In this document: positions 1-11,236 of the stretch, in pieces
How positions within the stretch are numbered: the stretch's first letter is position 1
How the letters are laid out: every line of letters begins with the position of its first letter
NCBI RefSeq assembly: GCF_001194135.2
Contig: NC_068984.1
Location: 123,830,465 to 123,863,497 of the forward strand
DNA: 33,033 nucleotides
Direction: 5' to 3'
Source: Octopus bimaculoides
Taxonomy: Eukaryota
Position numbers and translations under genes: made by a program
Notes under the pieces: model-generated
Seen by the model: the letters and a program-made list of their open reading frames with translations, nothing else
Databases searched by the model: none
What the model was told of the DNA's origin: nothing

Positions 1-104
1 GGTAGTGATCAGGACGACGACGATGACCACGGCGTTGATGACAATATCGACGACGAATATGACCGTGACAACGATGACGACTACGATGCTGCTAGTGATG
101 ATGG

Positions 105-140
<36 letters not shown>

Positions 141-269
141 CCACGATGACCACGACAAAGATGATGACCATGACAACGATGACGACAACAATGTCGAATA
201 CGATGATGATGATGATGATGACAATGACGACGACGACGACGACGATAATGATGAAAATGGTGATGATGG

Positions 270-306
<37 letters not shown>

Positions 307-312
307 GATGTG
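1..312. repeat. Degenerate (GAT/GAC)n trinucleotide microsatellite
   Basis: Long GATGATGAT runs mixed with GAC and GGT variants. They explain the poly-M/T, poly-S and poly-H ORFs. Confidence 0.95.
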
Positions 313-492
313 GAGACTGCTGCAATAGCATATGATATGAGAAGCTGCTGCGAGAGCGTGGAGTGACTGGGTGACACTTTTGCCGGGCTTTACAACCACT
401 GAAAAGACCCGATGTATTTGACAAATATGTCAACATGTACTACNNNNNNNNNNCTGAAAAGACCCGATGTATTTGACAAATATGTCAACATG

Positions 493-553
<61 letters not shown>

Positions 554-554
554 G
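493..554. repeat. (TAC)n microsatellite
   Basis: Perfect TACTACTAC run that gives the poly-Y ORF. Confidence 0.95.
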
Positions 555-640
555 TGCAGTTGTAGATTTCGCCTTAAAAAATGCACTTATCGCCGTTCAG
601 AGGAGATTCTGTGGGGATTGGCATAATGGAGCGCTTTTGT

Positions 641-851
641 TATTCTTTTATTCTTTTTTTTATTTTGTTTCAGTCATTCGACTTCGGCCATGTTGGAGCA
701 CCGCCTTAAAGGGTTTAAGTCGAAGTAATCGAACCCAGGACTTATTTTTTGTAAGTCCAGTACTTTTACTATAGGACCCTTTTGCCGAAACGCTAAGTTA
801 CGGGGACATAAATGCGCCAGCATAGGTTGCCAAGCGATGGCAGGGGGTGGA

Positions 852-893
<42 letters not shown>

Positions 894-1154
894 TACATAC
901 ATATGTCTACATAAATATATACGACGTGCTTCTTTCAGTTTCCGTCAACCAGATCCTCTCACAAGGCTTTGGTNNNNNNNNNNATAAATATATACGACGT
1001 GCTTCTTTCAGTTTCCGTCAACCAGATCCTCTCACAAGGCTTTGGTCGTCCCCGAGGCTATAGTAGAAGACACTTGCCCAAGGTGCAACGCAGTGGGACT
1101 GAACCCGGAGCCATGTTGTTGGGAAGCAAGCTTCCTACCAGACAGCCACGCCTG
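641..1154 (-). mobile_element. tRNA-derived SINE family A, full length, with internal (CA)n
   Basis: The minus strand starts CAGGCGTGGCTGTCTGGTAGG (A-box-like) ... GGGTTCAGTCCC (B-box-like) and continues into a body shared with the copies at 20771-21288 and 23861-24226 (for example GGCCATG[T/C]TGGAGCACCGCCTT). The T-rich run at the left is the 3' tail. It contains a 63-bp artefactual duplication around the N10 gap. Confidence 0.85.
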
Positions 1155-1169
1155 AGTACCATTTTGTCC

Positions 1170-1384
1170 GTTTTCATTCTTTCTTTTTTTCTTTCTTTCT
1201 TTCTTTCTTGATTTCCTTCCTTCCTCCCTTCCTTTCTTTCTTTGTTTGTTTCTTTGTTTCTTTGTTTCTTTGTTTCTTTCTTTCTTTCTTTCTTCACCTT
1301 TCACTTCTTAGCTAGTACTTGTTTTGCTTCTTCCATTTCTAACTGTCCTCTTTTTATCCTCTCATTCTCTCTCTNNNNNNNNNN

Positions 1385-1454
<70 letters not shown>

Positions 1455-1582
1455 CAAGACATTTGTGCACACACGCACTTATGCATATACACAGAGCTAG
1501 AAAGCTACAGAGAGATAAGATACAGACACACAGATAAGTATGTGTGCATGTCTGTCTGTCTGTCTGTCTCTCTGTCTGTCTG

Positions 1583-1618
<36 letters not shown>

Positions 1619-1701
1619 TCTGTCTCTCTCTGTCTNNNNNNNNNNNNNNNNNNNNNNNNNNNNNNNNNNNNNNNNNNNNNNNNNNNNNNNNNNNNNNNNN
1701 N

Positions 1702-1781
<80 letters not shown>

Positions 1782-2150
1782 TACATCTAGGTACGTATGT
1801 ATGTGTATGTATGTGTGTGTGTGCATATGTATATATATATGGATGTATGTATATATGTGTATGCACACACATATGCACAAAAATACTCTTATATGAATAT
1901 ATAATCTCTCATTCTATTTATCTATCTATTTGTCTATCTAGCTATGTCTTTCTTTCTCTTTCTCCCCACCCCCTTTCTCTCTGTATGTATATATGTATAC
2001 ACACACGTATGGATGTACCTATATGTAGACATATATTTTATACGTACGTATATACATACATACATACATACATACATACATTTATACAAAATTACATATA
2101 TTTATATGTTATATATATAACATATAATATATATATGTTATATATATAAA
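1170..2150. repeat. Compound microsatellite field (TTTC/TTTG, TC, CA, TGTC, TA, TCTA, TACA)
   Basis: Successive simple-repeat runs with two N gaps. Confidence 0.9.
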
Positions 2151-2379
2151 CATATATTTATGTTTATAATATATATACGTTTACATATCGGAGAGAATGA
2201 CAGAAAGGGACTTGAAATAGAGAGAGAGAGAAAGAAAAAGAAAAGGGAGAAAATCAAAACAAGAGGGTGAGGATATATTCCTGTGAGACGGAAGGAGACA
2301 GAAAGAAGCTTTGAAGTGAATCTAAGCAAGTGGAAAGATCTCTGCTTCTAAAGAATCGAAGATAACAATAACAGTAGCA

Positions 2380-2522
2380 ACAACAACATCAATAACGGAA
2401 AACATAAACACCAATCGCCACAATGGTAGTATAAACAACCAACTACCACCACCACCACCACCGCTGCCACCAACATCACTACAACAACAGCAGCTGCAAC
2501 AATAACACTGATAGCTAACAAC
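2380..2522. repeat. Degenerate CAA/CCA/CAG triplet repeat
   Basis: CAACAACA, CCACCACCA and CAGCAG runs. Confidence 0.8.
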
Positions 2523-2629
2523 AAAAAATATTGACTTCAATTGATGATCATTAATGATAAAATAACATTCAGCCACAATGAACAACATCAGTAAACGCTA
2601 TACCACAAACAATAACAGCTCGATGAAAT

Positions 2630-2810
2630 TTAGACGAGTGTTAAGTAACATCAACGGTGTTCCGCAAGGATCCGTTATATCGCCCACGTCATTTTTGTTA
2701 TATAGCCACGTTTGTTCGTTAATTATTGCTCAACCTGTCTGCCAACGTGTTCTTAAAGCATATACAGGCACAGCTTATTATGTATGCACAGATGACATCA
2801 CATGCATAAC
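2630..2810 (+). mobile_element. Relic of a non-LTR retrotransposon reverse transcriptase (motifs B' to C)
   Basis: ORF 2578-2859 contains NGVPQGSVISPTSFLLY, matching the LINE RT motif GVPQGSVLSPxLFxLY, followed by YVCTDDIT, a decayed YADD. The clade cannot be determined (CR1/L2/Jockey/I-like). Confidence 0.65.
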
Positions 2811-2867
2811 CTGTCACCGTTTCACAGACTCAATGTGCATCACGACTCCAATACTGTAGCAAATGTG

Positions 2868-3025
2868 AAGAATTCGGGTTCAGTCCCACTGGGTGGAACT
2901 TTGCCCAAATGTCTTCTATCTACTAAAGACTCGGGTCGTCCAATGACTTGTGTCTGTGAATTTGGTAGGTGGAAATTCTTTGGAAGTCTGTCGTAAACAT
3001 ACATGCTTGTATATATGTTCTCTGT
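2868..3025 (+). mobile_element. SINE family A, 5' half (B-box to the start of the internal microsatellite)
   Basis: GGGTTCAGTCCCACTGGGTGGAACTTTGCCCAAATGTCTTCTA...GAATTTGGTAGGTGGAAA...GTCGTA aligns by eye with the reverse complement of 920-1110. Confidence 0.75.
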
Positions 3026-3029
3026 TTTT

Positions 3030-3920
3030 TTAAATTTTAGAATAAATTTTGACCGGCCACCTACCTAAGAGGGTCTTGCAAATTTTTGTAGTCCCAAATA
3101 CCGCGGTTATTTATAACATATGAATTAAGAATTTATATTCTCTCCCCAACATCCCAAGTTCAGTTATACTTTGCTCCAGACGGGCTGGTATGTATTCTTT
3201 TGTTCCAATAATAATAGGTATTATGCTGTACGAGTATCATGAGTACTGGATTTATAAACACCATATCATTGGTCCATAGATGTCCTTTTTCTCGTGTATT
3301 TTTCTCACCACATTGGTGTCCAGAGGGCAGCTGATTTCCACAACAGAATATATCTTTTCTTTGTAGTTCCACACAACGATATCTAACCGGTTATGTTTAA
3401 CTTAGTGACTATTTTAATTTTTAAGTTCAACCAAAATTCTTTTGAGCCATCGGTACCAGCATCGTCAACTTAATTTGTTGGTATTTTCTTTTTTGCTATC
3501 CTTTTCCAAATTGTTCTGGCCACCGCTTTATTCTTCATGGGAAGAAAATATCTGGAAGACATTCTGTCACAGTTGGCAATAATGTGGTTGATGTCTTCAG
3601 TCTTGGTCTTGCAAAGCCTACATTTGTTGCCTGTCAACGTTTTCTACCTTTTATGCTATAGGTACTTCGTGGAGACCGCTTGTTCTAGGATTGCATGGAT
3701 GTAACATTCAAAGTGGGATATCATAAACTTGTTGGTACTTCACGTCAAACTTTTGACATGATCAATTCCTTCTATGACTTGTATTTTACGTGCTAAGTAC
3801 CCCCTGTTCTATCTTCTCAGTGAACTGGTCCATTTTAAAAACTTTTGTTTCTTTTTCTCAATGTTTCTTGGGGAGAGAGTCTGTATCAGTTCTTATTTCA
3901 TACCTCTTCTCAAGTTCCTA
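3030..3920 (-). mobile_element. 5'-truncated, decayed RLE-type (R4/Dong-like) non-LTR retrotransposon: CCHC zinc knuckle plus restriction-like endonuclease
   Basis: My minus-strand translation through stops and frameshifts: GYLARKIQVIEGIDHVKSLT*STNKFMISHFECYIHAILEQAVSTKYL*...NKCRLCKTKTEDINHIIANC...KHNRLDIVVWNYKEKIYSVVEISCPLDTNVVRKIHEK...IIPIIIG...GTTKICKTLL. These are the CRxCxxxxExxxHxxxxC and NRPDI...E...K motifs. Confidence 0.85.
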
Positions 3921-3921
3921 A

Positions 3922-4145
3922 CTATGTATGTATGTATGTGTTGGGGTTGTACCCACTTGACTACTTAGCAGCCGTTGCTGGTTTGTTTTGTACCATTAAG
4001 TAGCGGTTCGACAACAAAGACCGATGAAATAAGTAAGACATTTAAAAACAAGCACTGAGATCGATTTGTTCGACTAAATCCGTTAAGGTGGTGCTCCAGT
4101 ATGGCCGCTGTCGAATGACTGAAACAAGCAAAAGATAAATGATAA
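3922..4145 (+). mobile_element. SINE family A, 3' half
   Basis: (TATG)n, then GCTGGTTTG...TAGCGGTTCGACAACAAAGACCGATGAAATAAGT...AAGGTGGTGCTCCAGTATGGCCGCTGTCGAATGACTGAAACAAG. This is the reverse complement of the 660-840 part of copy 641-1154. Confidence 0.8.
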
Positions 4146-4565
4146 TAAATTTTCTCTCCCACGTTCACTGCACACGTAGAAGACAAAGTAGCGAGAACAA
4201 AACAACAAAGAAACGTACGTAAAGTCTTTGCGTGCACGAATATTTGTCCGGCAAAAGCAATCAACATTGGTATACAAATAATTCACTAGATCCATTATAG
4301 ATTATCACAATCCTGCTTGGATCCCTAATCTTTAGCCATCGAATCGCAATAAATTTCTGAAGAAAGAAAGCTGCGTACATCACAGGAGTCACAAGCTGAA
4401 TATAAATTGTCCCGTCGATGAAACGTAAATAGGCTCCGAATGAAAGACTGCTTAGATATGAATGAGAGAGTGTAGACAGTTTCCAGAGTAACGTCCAACT
4501 CTTTGATTCTCCGCTCCTCTCAATCCCATGCCGCTGCAAACTCGGTTTCCAGCAATAAGTAAGTA

Positions 4566-4790
4566 AAGTCCTTCTCTGGCGGCTGGAGGGGGAGGCTGTC
4601 TTCTCAACCAATACACTGCTGTGTGTGACATTGGACGACGGAATCTGGTGATGATGTCATTCCAAGTTTTCCAATCCATGGCGCTGGCCTGAGCATGTTT
4701 GGGGTCAAGGCACTGAGACTGCAAGCCTTCCTCAATGTTTTTCGCCCATGTTCCCTTTGGCAGACTGTGCTACATTCTCCAGTGCTTGGG
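4566..4790 (-). mobile_element. Probable RTE-clade LINE ORF C-terminus relic
   Basis: The minus frame reads PKHWRM*HSLPKGTWAKNIEEGLQSQCLDPKHAQASAMDWKTWNDIITR. This resembles the RTE terminal pattern PxxWxRxxGRPxxTWxxxIExDL...AxxxAxDRxxW. Confidence 0.5.
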
Positions 4791-4804
4791 TCACTGAAGC
4801 ATCA

Positions 4805-5790
4805 AAAGTTGGTATGAAAACCTGTGCTAAAACCGCTGACTTAGATATTCTTATTGATAAATGGTAAGAAAAACCTCTCAATGGCAAATACCTAAAGAGA
4901 GCTGATAATGCCGATGTTGACAAAGCCCTTACTCATCGATGGTTAGTGTCTTCTGGCTTAAAATCAGAGACAGAATTAGATGGTTAGTGTCTTCTGGCTT
5001 AAAATCAATGTCTAGCTACAAGAAGCTACCAGACCAACATCTTAAAGAACGACAATAGCCCAACATGTCGTGTATGTAAACAACAAAATGGAACCATTGA
5101 TCATGTTGTCTCCATGTGCAGTCTTCTTGCGCCTAGAGAGTATGATAGAGCAGCATAATATATTCATTGAGTAATTTGCAAAAACCTGGACCATGATAAA
5201 AACTGGTGGGAACACAAACCACCTCCAGTGCTTGAAAATGACCACATCTCACTCCTCTGAAATTACACCGTTCAAACTGACAGAAAGATAGATGCGAATC
5301 GGCTACTTCAGACAAAAACCATGCCTCCACGTTGACATAACTGTCCCAATCGATATAAATGTATCTGTCAAAACCTACCAAAAACTGAGCAAGTATAAAG
5401 ACCTTGAAATAGAAATTGGTAAAATGTGGAACCTGAAGACTAAAACAATACCTGTTGTCGTAGGTGCCCTAGGAATGATAGCAAAAGGGACTGATTGTTA
5501 CCTAGCTCAGATACCAGGAAACCCCAAAAGGCAGAAATTCAAAAGATAGTGCTCGTGGGAACTTCCCATATCTTACGTAAAATACTGTCTATGTAATCTC
5601 AAATTTTAAAACAAACTTATAATATTCTGATGTTTTCTTAAAAATTCTGTAGAACAATTCTATGTACAAAACCAAATATATGACACCCTAGGCATAACAC
5701 CAACATGACCTTCTAACTTGTTGTCTCTTGAGGTCTCTGGGTGAGCTTTGGAGTCAACTTGTACAAATGCAAAGCAAAAGTCAAGCATAT
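4805..5790 (+). mobile_element. 5'-truncated, decayed R4/Dong-like RLE non-LTR retrotransposon, 3' portion with 3' UTR
   Basis: Translation through stops: DKW*EKPLNGKYLKRADNADVDKALTHRWLVSSGLKSETE...QCLATRSYQTNILKNDNSPTCRVCKQQNGTIDHVVSMC...NWWEHKP...VQTDRKIDANR...CLHVDITVPIDINVSVKTYQKLSKYKDLEIEIGKMWNLKTKTIPVVVGALGMI...VLVGTSHILRKILSM* (stop 5594-5596). The PD of the RLE catalytic motif appears deleted. (TAA)n follows. Confidence 0.9.
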
Positions 5791-5811
5791 AATAATAATA
5801 ATAATAATAAT

Positions 5812-5856
<45 letters not shown>

Positions 5857-5867
5857 AATAATGATAA
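5790..5867. repeat. (TAA)n-(CAA)n-(TAA)n microsatellite
   Basis: Seen directly. It lies between the 3' end of the R4-like element and the 3' tail of an opposite-strand SINE. Confidence 0.95.
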
Positions 5868-6060
5868 TCCTTTCTACTATAGGCACAACGCCTGACATTT
5901 GGGGGAGGGGATAGTTGATTACATCGACCCTCAGTGTTTTACTGGTAATTAATTTATCGATCTTGAAAGAATGAAAGACAAAAAACTCAGAACGTAAAGA
6001 TGGACGAAATGCCGCTGAGCTTTTCGCCCGGTGTGCTAACGATTCTGCCAGCTCACAGCG
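5867..6060 (-). mobile_element. tRNA-derived SINE family B, short-tail subfamily
   Basis: TTTCTACTATAGGCACAA...TTATCGA...ACTCAGAACGTAAAGA...GCTAACGATTCTGCCAGCTC is the reverse complement of the head and core seen at 29143. Confidence 0.85.
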
Positions 6061-6289
6061 TGCCCATTAAAGACAGGGGAGTGAAAATGGTGGCAGTAAA
6101 TGAAGCAGAAGTAATGAGAAGATCTATATTACATGGATGCGATGATGATCAACAAGACATAGTGAAGATGATGTGCCGATATATTTGAGAAGACTAATTT
6201 TTGTCTTTATTAATAAACTTCGATTTCCATTATTGTTGTAGAGTAAAATATTTCGTTGCTATCTTGTAACTGGAAATGATTAATTTAGA

Positions 6290-7340
6290 TTGTCGATCCC
6301 CTCCAATCTTAGATATGCTGATAGGCGCAAGCTAAAATTAGAAACCGAAAGAATAGATTGTTTTTGGACTGTTTCAAACGGGAAATATAACTGAAACCAA
6401 CAAGATTATCAGGGCTGTGGCTAAGATTACGGCGGAAAGATTTGGATACAAAGGAAGAGAATAAACAGTACAAAGCAATACATAACGAACCATATTGGCG
6501 TAGACGAATTTGTGAGAAAAAAAGTTAAAAAGACATTTCAGAGAAGCTGATAGATTGAAAAGAAGGGAAATGTAAAATGAAGGCATAAGAATAAGACTGG
6601 AAAGAACACATGGAATAGAAGTTAAAGGATATGATGTAATATTGGAAGAATTGAAACAAAGAGCAGCAGCAATCAAGGCAGAATTGGAGAGATATGACAA
6701 CAGAACAAAACAATTCAGGCAGAACAGATTGTCTGAAGCAAATAAAAAAAAAAGAACTTTTTGAGGAATTAGATGGGTAATTATATCTAACATCGATGCA
6801 GACGAAAGCAGAGGGAGAGAATCGGGGATCAGCCTGTTGAGCAAAATGATAAAGCAGAGTGGCTGCATGAAATCCAAGATAGGTTAAGAAATATACAGGA
6901 TCAAGACAACATGAAAATAAATACAGAAAAGATAAAAAGACAGAGAAATATAATACTAAACTGGAAGAGCTCTAGGCCAGATGATGTCCTAGGTCGTGGG
7001 ATGAAGACGCTTCATGAAAGGCTAGCAGAATAAATGGATAAGCGCTTTGCAGGAAGGTACAGTACCCAGCTGGATGATAAAGGGTAAAGATATTGTTATG
7101 CGTCAAGGATCTTGAGAAGGGTAACTTTCTGTTCAACTTTCGACCAATAACGTGTGTTCCGCTAATGTGGAAATTACTGTCGGGTGTTTTGGTCGGTGAA
7201 CTGAATGGATACTTAAGAAAACAGGGTGCTACCTATCGAACAGAAAGGATGTCGAAAAAAGAACCTGGCAACGATAAAGATCAGCTAATTATCAGTAACT
7301 GCAACAGAAGGTACACGGATTTGAGCACGGCACGAGTGAA
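6290..7340 (+). mobile_element. Decayed R4/Dong-like non-LTR retrotransposon, N-terminal region and start of the RT
   Basis: Frameshifted translation: LRYADRRKLKLETERI...ITETNKIIRAVAKITAERFG...EPYWRRRI...GYDVILEELKQRAAAIKAELERYDNRTKQFRQNRL...NDKAEWLHEI...NWKSSRPD...LHERLA...VPSWMIKG...KDLEKGN..NFRPITCVPLMWKLLSG...EQKGCRK...KDQLII. These are typical R4-clade pre-RT and early RT motifs. Confidence 0.85.
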
Positions 7341-7369
7341 AAGAAACAGGAAAAATAAAACTTTTCGGA

Positions 7370-7485
7370 ATTTGACACTTCACCAGCAGTTTTAAGGAGA
7401 CGGGGCAAGCCGTTTAAATCGATATCAGTACTCCGCTGGTACTTTATTTTATCGACTACGACATGACGAAACGCAAAGTCAATTA
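7370..7485 (-). mobile_element. SINE family B fragment (old)
   Basis: CTGGTACTTTATTTTATCGAC...GAAACGCAAAGTCAA core. Confidence 0.55.
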
Positions 7486-7519
7486 GGGGAGTTTCTACTT
7501 GTAGTTCAAATTACAAGGA

Positions 7520-7700
7520 ATGAAAATGAAATCCACCTCAAATCATTAGAAAAGGAAGGATATTTGATTATGTAGTTTCAGATATATTGTGATTCAGGAA
7601 GAGACAAGATCGCCAAGGCTGGACCATAATTATCATAGAATTGCTCGATTAGGGGTTACCTGCCGTTAAAGGACATCAACAACAACAACAGCAACATCAA
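7520..7700 (+). mobile_element. Interspersed repeat family C (SINE-like, (CAA)n tail)
   Basis: AAATCCACCTCAAATCA...ATCATAG...CTCGATTAGGGGTTACCTG...CAACAACAAC is shared with the copies at 22585 and 25170. Confidence 0.55.
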
Positions 7701-7779
7701 TAACAACAACAATCAATAACAATCAATAACAAGGAAAACATGCAGGAAGAGAAGGAAATGTGTGAAAGAGAATGAAGAA

Positions 7780-8809
7780 TCTCTTCACACGCACACATAT
7801 ATATACACACACAAACGTTCACAGATGTGTGTATGTATGTATGTATGCGGCGTACAAGTATATAACACCTCGTTCAGAGATTTAACATATATATATATAT
7901 ATATATATATATANNNNNNNNNNNNNNNNNNNNNNNNNNNNNNNNNNNNNNNNNNNNNNNNNNNNNNNNNNNNNNNNNNNNNNNNNNNNNNNNNNNNNNN
8001 NNNNNNNNNNNNNNNNNNNNNNNNNNNNNNNNNNNNNNNNNNNNNNNNNNNNNNNNNNNNNNNNNNNNNNNNNNNNNNNNNNNNNNNNNNNNNNNNNNNN
8101 NNNNNNNNNNNNNNNNNNNNNNNNNNNNNNNNNNNNNNNNNNNNNNNNNNNNNNNNNNNNNNNNNNNNNNNNNNNNNNNNNNNNNNNNNNNNNNNNNNNN
8201 NNNNNNNNNNNNNNNNNNNNNNNNNNNNNNNNNNNNNNNNNNNNNNNNNNNNNNNNNNNNNNNNNNNNNNNNNNNNNNNNNNNNNNNNNNNNNNNNNNNN
8301 NNNNNNNNNNNNNNNNNNNNNNNNNNNNNNNNNNNNNNNNNNNNNNNNNNNNNNNNNNNNNNNNNNNNNNNNNNNNNNNNNNNNNNNNNNNNNNNNNNNN
8401 NNNNNNNNNNNNNNNNNNNNNNNNNNNNNNNNNNNNNNNNNNNNNNNNNNNNNNNNNNNNNNNNNNNNNNNNNNNNNNNNNNNNNNNNNNNNNNNNNNNN
8501 NNNNNNNNNNNNNNNNNNNNNNNNNNNNNNNNNNNNNNNNNNNNNNNNNNNNNNNNNNNNNNNNNNNNNNNNNNNNNNNNNNNNNNNNNNNNNNNNNNNN
8601 NNNNNNNNNNNNNNNNNNNNNNNNNNNNNNNNNNNNNNNNNNNNNNNNNNNNNNNNNNNNNNNNNNNNNNNNNNNNNNNNNNNNNNNNNNNNNNCATAGA
8701 TATATATTACATATATGTATAGGTAAAACAAGAGGGAGGTCAGGGGTGGACAGCTGTAATAGTAGTAGTAGTTGTTGTAGTGCAAGGATAAGTACACAAA
8801 TAAGCGTTC

Positions 8810-8854
<45 letters not shown>

Positions 8855-10170
8855 CGTTGTAATATACGTGTACATGTGTGTGTACGCATATGTGTATGTG
8901 CGTGTGTGTATGTGTATGTGTGTGTGCATGTGTATGTCTACCAGTGTGTGTGTTGATGTGTGTATTTGTTTGGATGTGTCAGCTTCTGAGCGAGCGAGTA
9001 AATCACGCGTTCGATGTGTTTATGTTTGTGTGAGTTTATTTACTTCACACACGTTAATGTGTTTATACGTGTGCGTCGTTTATCTGTGATTCTATATAGC
9101 GATTATGTGTATGTGTGTGAGTGTGTGTGTGCGTCTGTGCGCGTATGTGCATATATATATATATATATATATATANNNNNNNNNNNNNNNNNNNNNNNNN
9201 NNNNNNNNNNNNNNNNNNNNNNNNNNNNNNNNNNNNNNNNNNNNNNNNNNNNNNNNNNNNNNNNNNNNNNNNNNNNNNNNNNNNNNNNNNNNNNNNNNNN
9301 NNNNNNNNNNNNNNNNNNNNNNNNNNNNNNNNNNNNNNNNNNNNNNNNNNNNNNNNNNNNNNNNNNNNNNNNNNNNNNNNNNNNNNNNNNNNNNNNNNNN
9401 NNNNNNNNNNNNNNNNNNNNNNNNNNNNNNNNNNNNNNNNNNNNNNNNNNNNNNNNNNNNNNNNNNNNNNNNNNNNNNNNNNNNNNNNNNNNNNNNNNNN
9501 NNNNNNNNNNNNNNNNNNNNNNNNNNNNNNNNNNNNNNNNNNNNNNNNNNNNNNNNNNNNNNNNNNNNNNNNNNNNNNNNNNNNNNNNNNNNNNNNNNNN
9601 NNNNNNNNNNNNNNNNNNNNNNNNNNNNNNNNNNNNNNNNNNNNNNNNNNNNNNNNNNNNNNNNNNNNNNNNNNNNNNNNNNNNNNNNNNNNNNNNNNNN
9701 NNNNNNNNNNNNNNNNNNNNNNNNNNNNNNNNNNNNNNNNNNNNNNNNNNNNNNNNNNNNNNNNNNNNNNNNNNNNNNNNNNNNNNNNNNNNNNNNNNNN
9801 NNNNNNNNNNNNNNNNNNNNNNNNNNNNNNNNNNNNNNNNNNNNNNNNNNNNNNNNNNNNNNNNNNNNNNNNNNNNNNNNNNNNNNNNNNNNNNNNNNNN
9901 NNNNNNNNNNNNNNNNNNNNNNNNNNNNNNNNNNNNNNNNNNNNNNNNNNNNNNNNNNNNNNNNNNNNNNNNNNNNNNNNNNNNNNNNNNNNNNNNNNNN
10001 NNNNNNNNNNNNNNNNNNNNNNNNNNNNNNNNNNNNNNNNNNNNNNNNNNNNNNNNNNNNNNNNNNNNNNNNNNNNNNNNNNNNNNNNNNNNNNNNNNNN
10101 NNNNNNNNNNNNNNNNNNNNNNNNNNNNNNNNNNNNNNNNNNNNNNNNNNNNNNNNNNNNNNNNNNNNNN

Positions 10171-10205
<35 letters not shown>

Positions 10206-10756
10206 ACGTGTATTTCTGTATGCGTGCAAGATATTTGTGTATGAATACACACATATCTGTTTGTGTATGCTTGTGTGTGTATGTTTGTTTGTGTATGTGC
10301 TTGCGTATTGTTTGTGTATGTGTGCGTGATTGAAAAAGTCACGCGCACTTCGTCGGGGGTGGTGAAGGGTGGTGAGAAGAGGGTGGGAGTGGATAGGTTG
10401 TGGAAAGTAACGAGATCTTCTGGAGAGGTTCGAACGGATGGAGAGTCAAAAACACGCGCGTGCACACGCACACGCGCATGCGCGTTGTTCGATTTACTTA
10501 GGTCGAGTGTGTGTGTGTGTGTGTGTGTGTGTGTTAGATATTTGGTAAATAGTTAGGTGTACACATACATGAATATACATATATATATGCACACACCAAC
10601 TATATATGCACATATATAGATATATATACATGTATATATATCTATATATGCATACATATACATACGTATGTGCATACATCAATATATATATATATATATA
10701 TATATACNNNNNNNNNNNNNNNNNNNNNNNNNNNNNNNNNNNNNNNNNNNNNNNCT

Positions 10757-10831
<75 letters not shown>

Positions 10832-11202
10832 CATTTACGTGTTTATTAGTTCTGTATCTTAATATTTGTGCGAATATTTGTGTGTATATGTATGCATGTA
10901 CGTATGTATGTATATATGCATGTATGTATGTATGTATGTATGTATGTATGTATGTATGTATGCATATATGCATGTACGTATGTATGTATGTATGTATGTA
11001 TATATGCATATATGTATGTACGTATGTATGTATATATGCATGTATGTATGTACGTATGTATGTATATATGCATGTATGTATGTATGTATGTATGCATATA
11101 TGTATGTATGTATGTATGTATATATGTATGTATGTATGTATGTATGCATATATGTATGTATGTATGTATGCATATATGTATGTATGCATGTACGTATATA
11201 TG

Positions 11203-11236
<34 letters not shown>

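Noticed and set aside
5-436. Poly-Met/Thr, poly-Ser and poly-His ORFs
   Set aside because: Frame translations of the GAT/GAC microsatellite.
399-498. Exact 45-bp direct repeat (399-443 and 454-498) around 10 Ns
   Set aside because: Identical copies flanking a placeholder N10 gap indicate unmerged overlapping contig ends, an assembly artefact.
911-1046. Exact 63-bp direct repeat inside SINE A around 10 Ns
   Set aside because: Same gap-overlap artefact; other family-A copies have this segment once.
2185-2280. Minus-strand 96-nt segment between acceptor-like and donor-like sites
   Set aside because: The open frames are low-complexity F/L/S from a TC-rich tract.
4330-4560. Faint resemblance of a plus-strand frame (AEYKLSRR*NVNRLRMKD...NERV) to the pre-RT region of RTE LINEs
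   Set aside because: Too weak to call without a profile search.
6374-6877. 167-aa minus-strand ORF
   Set aside because: Antisense shadow of the purine-rich plus-strand R4-like retrotransposon coding relic.
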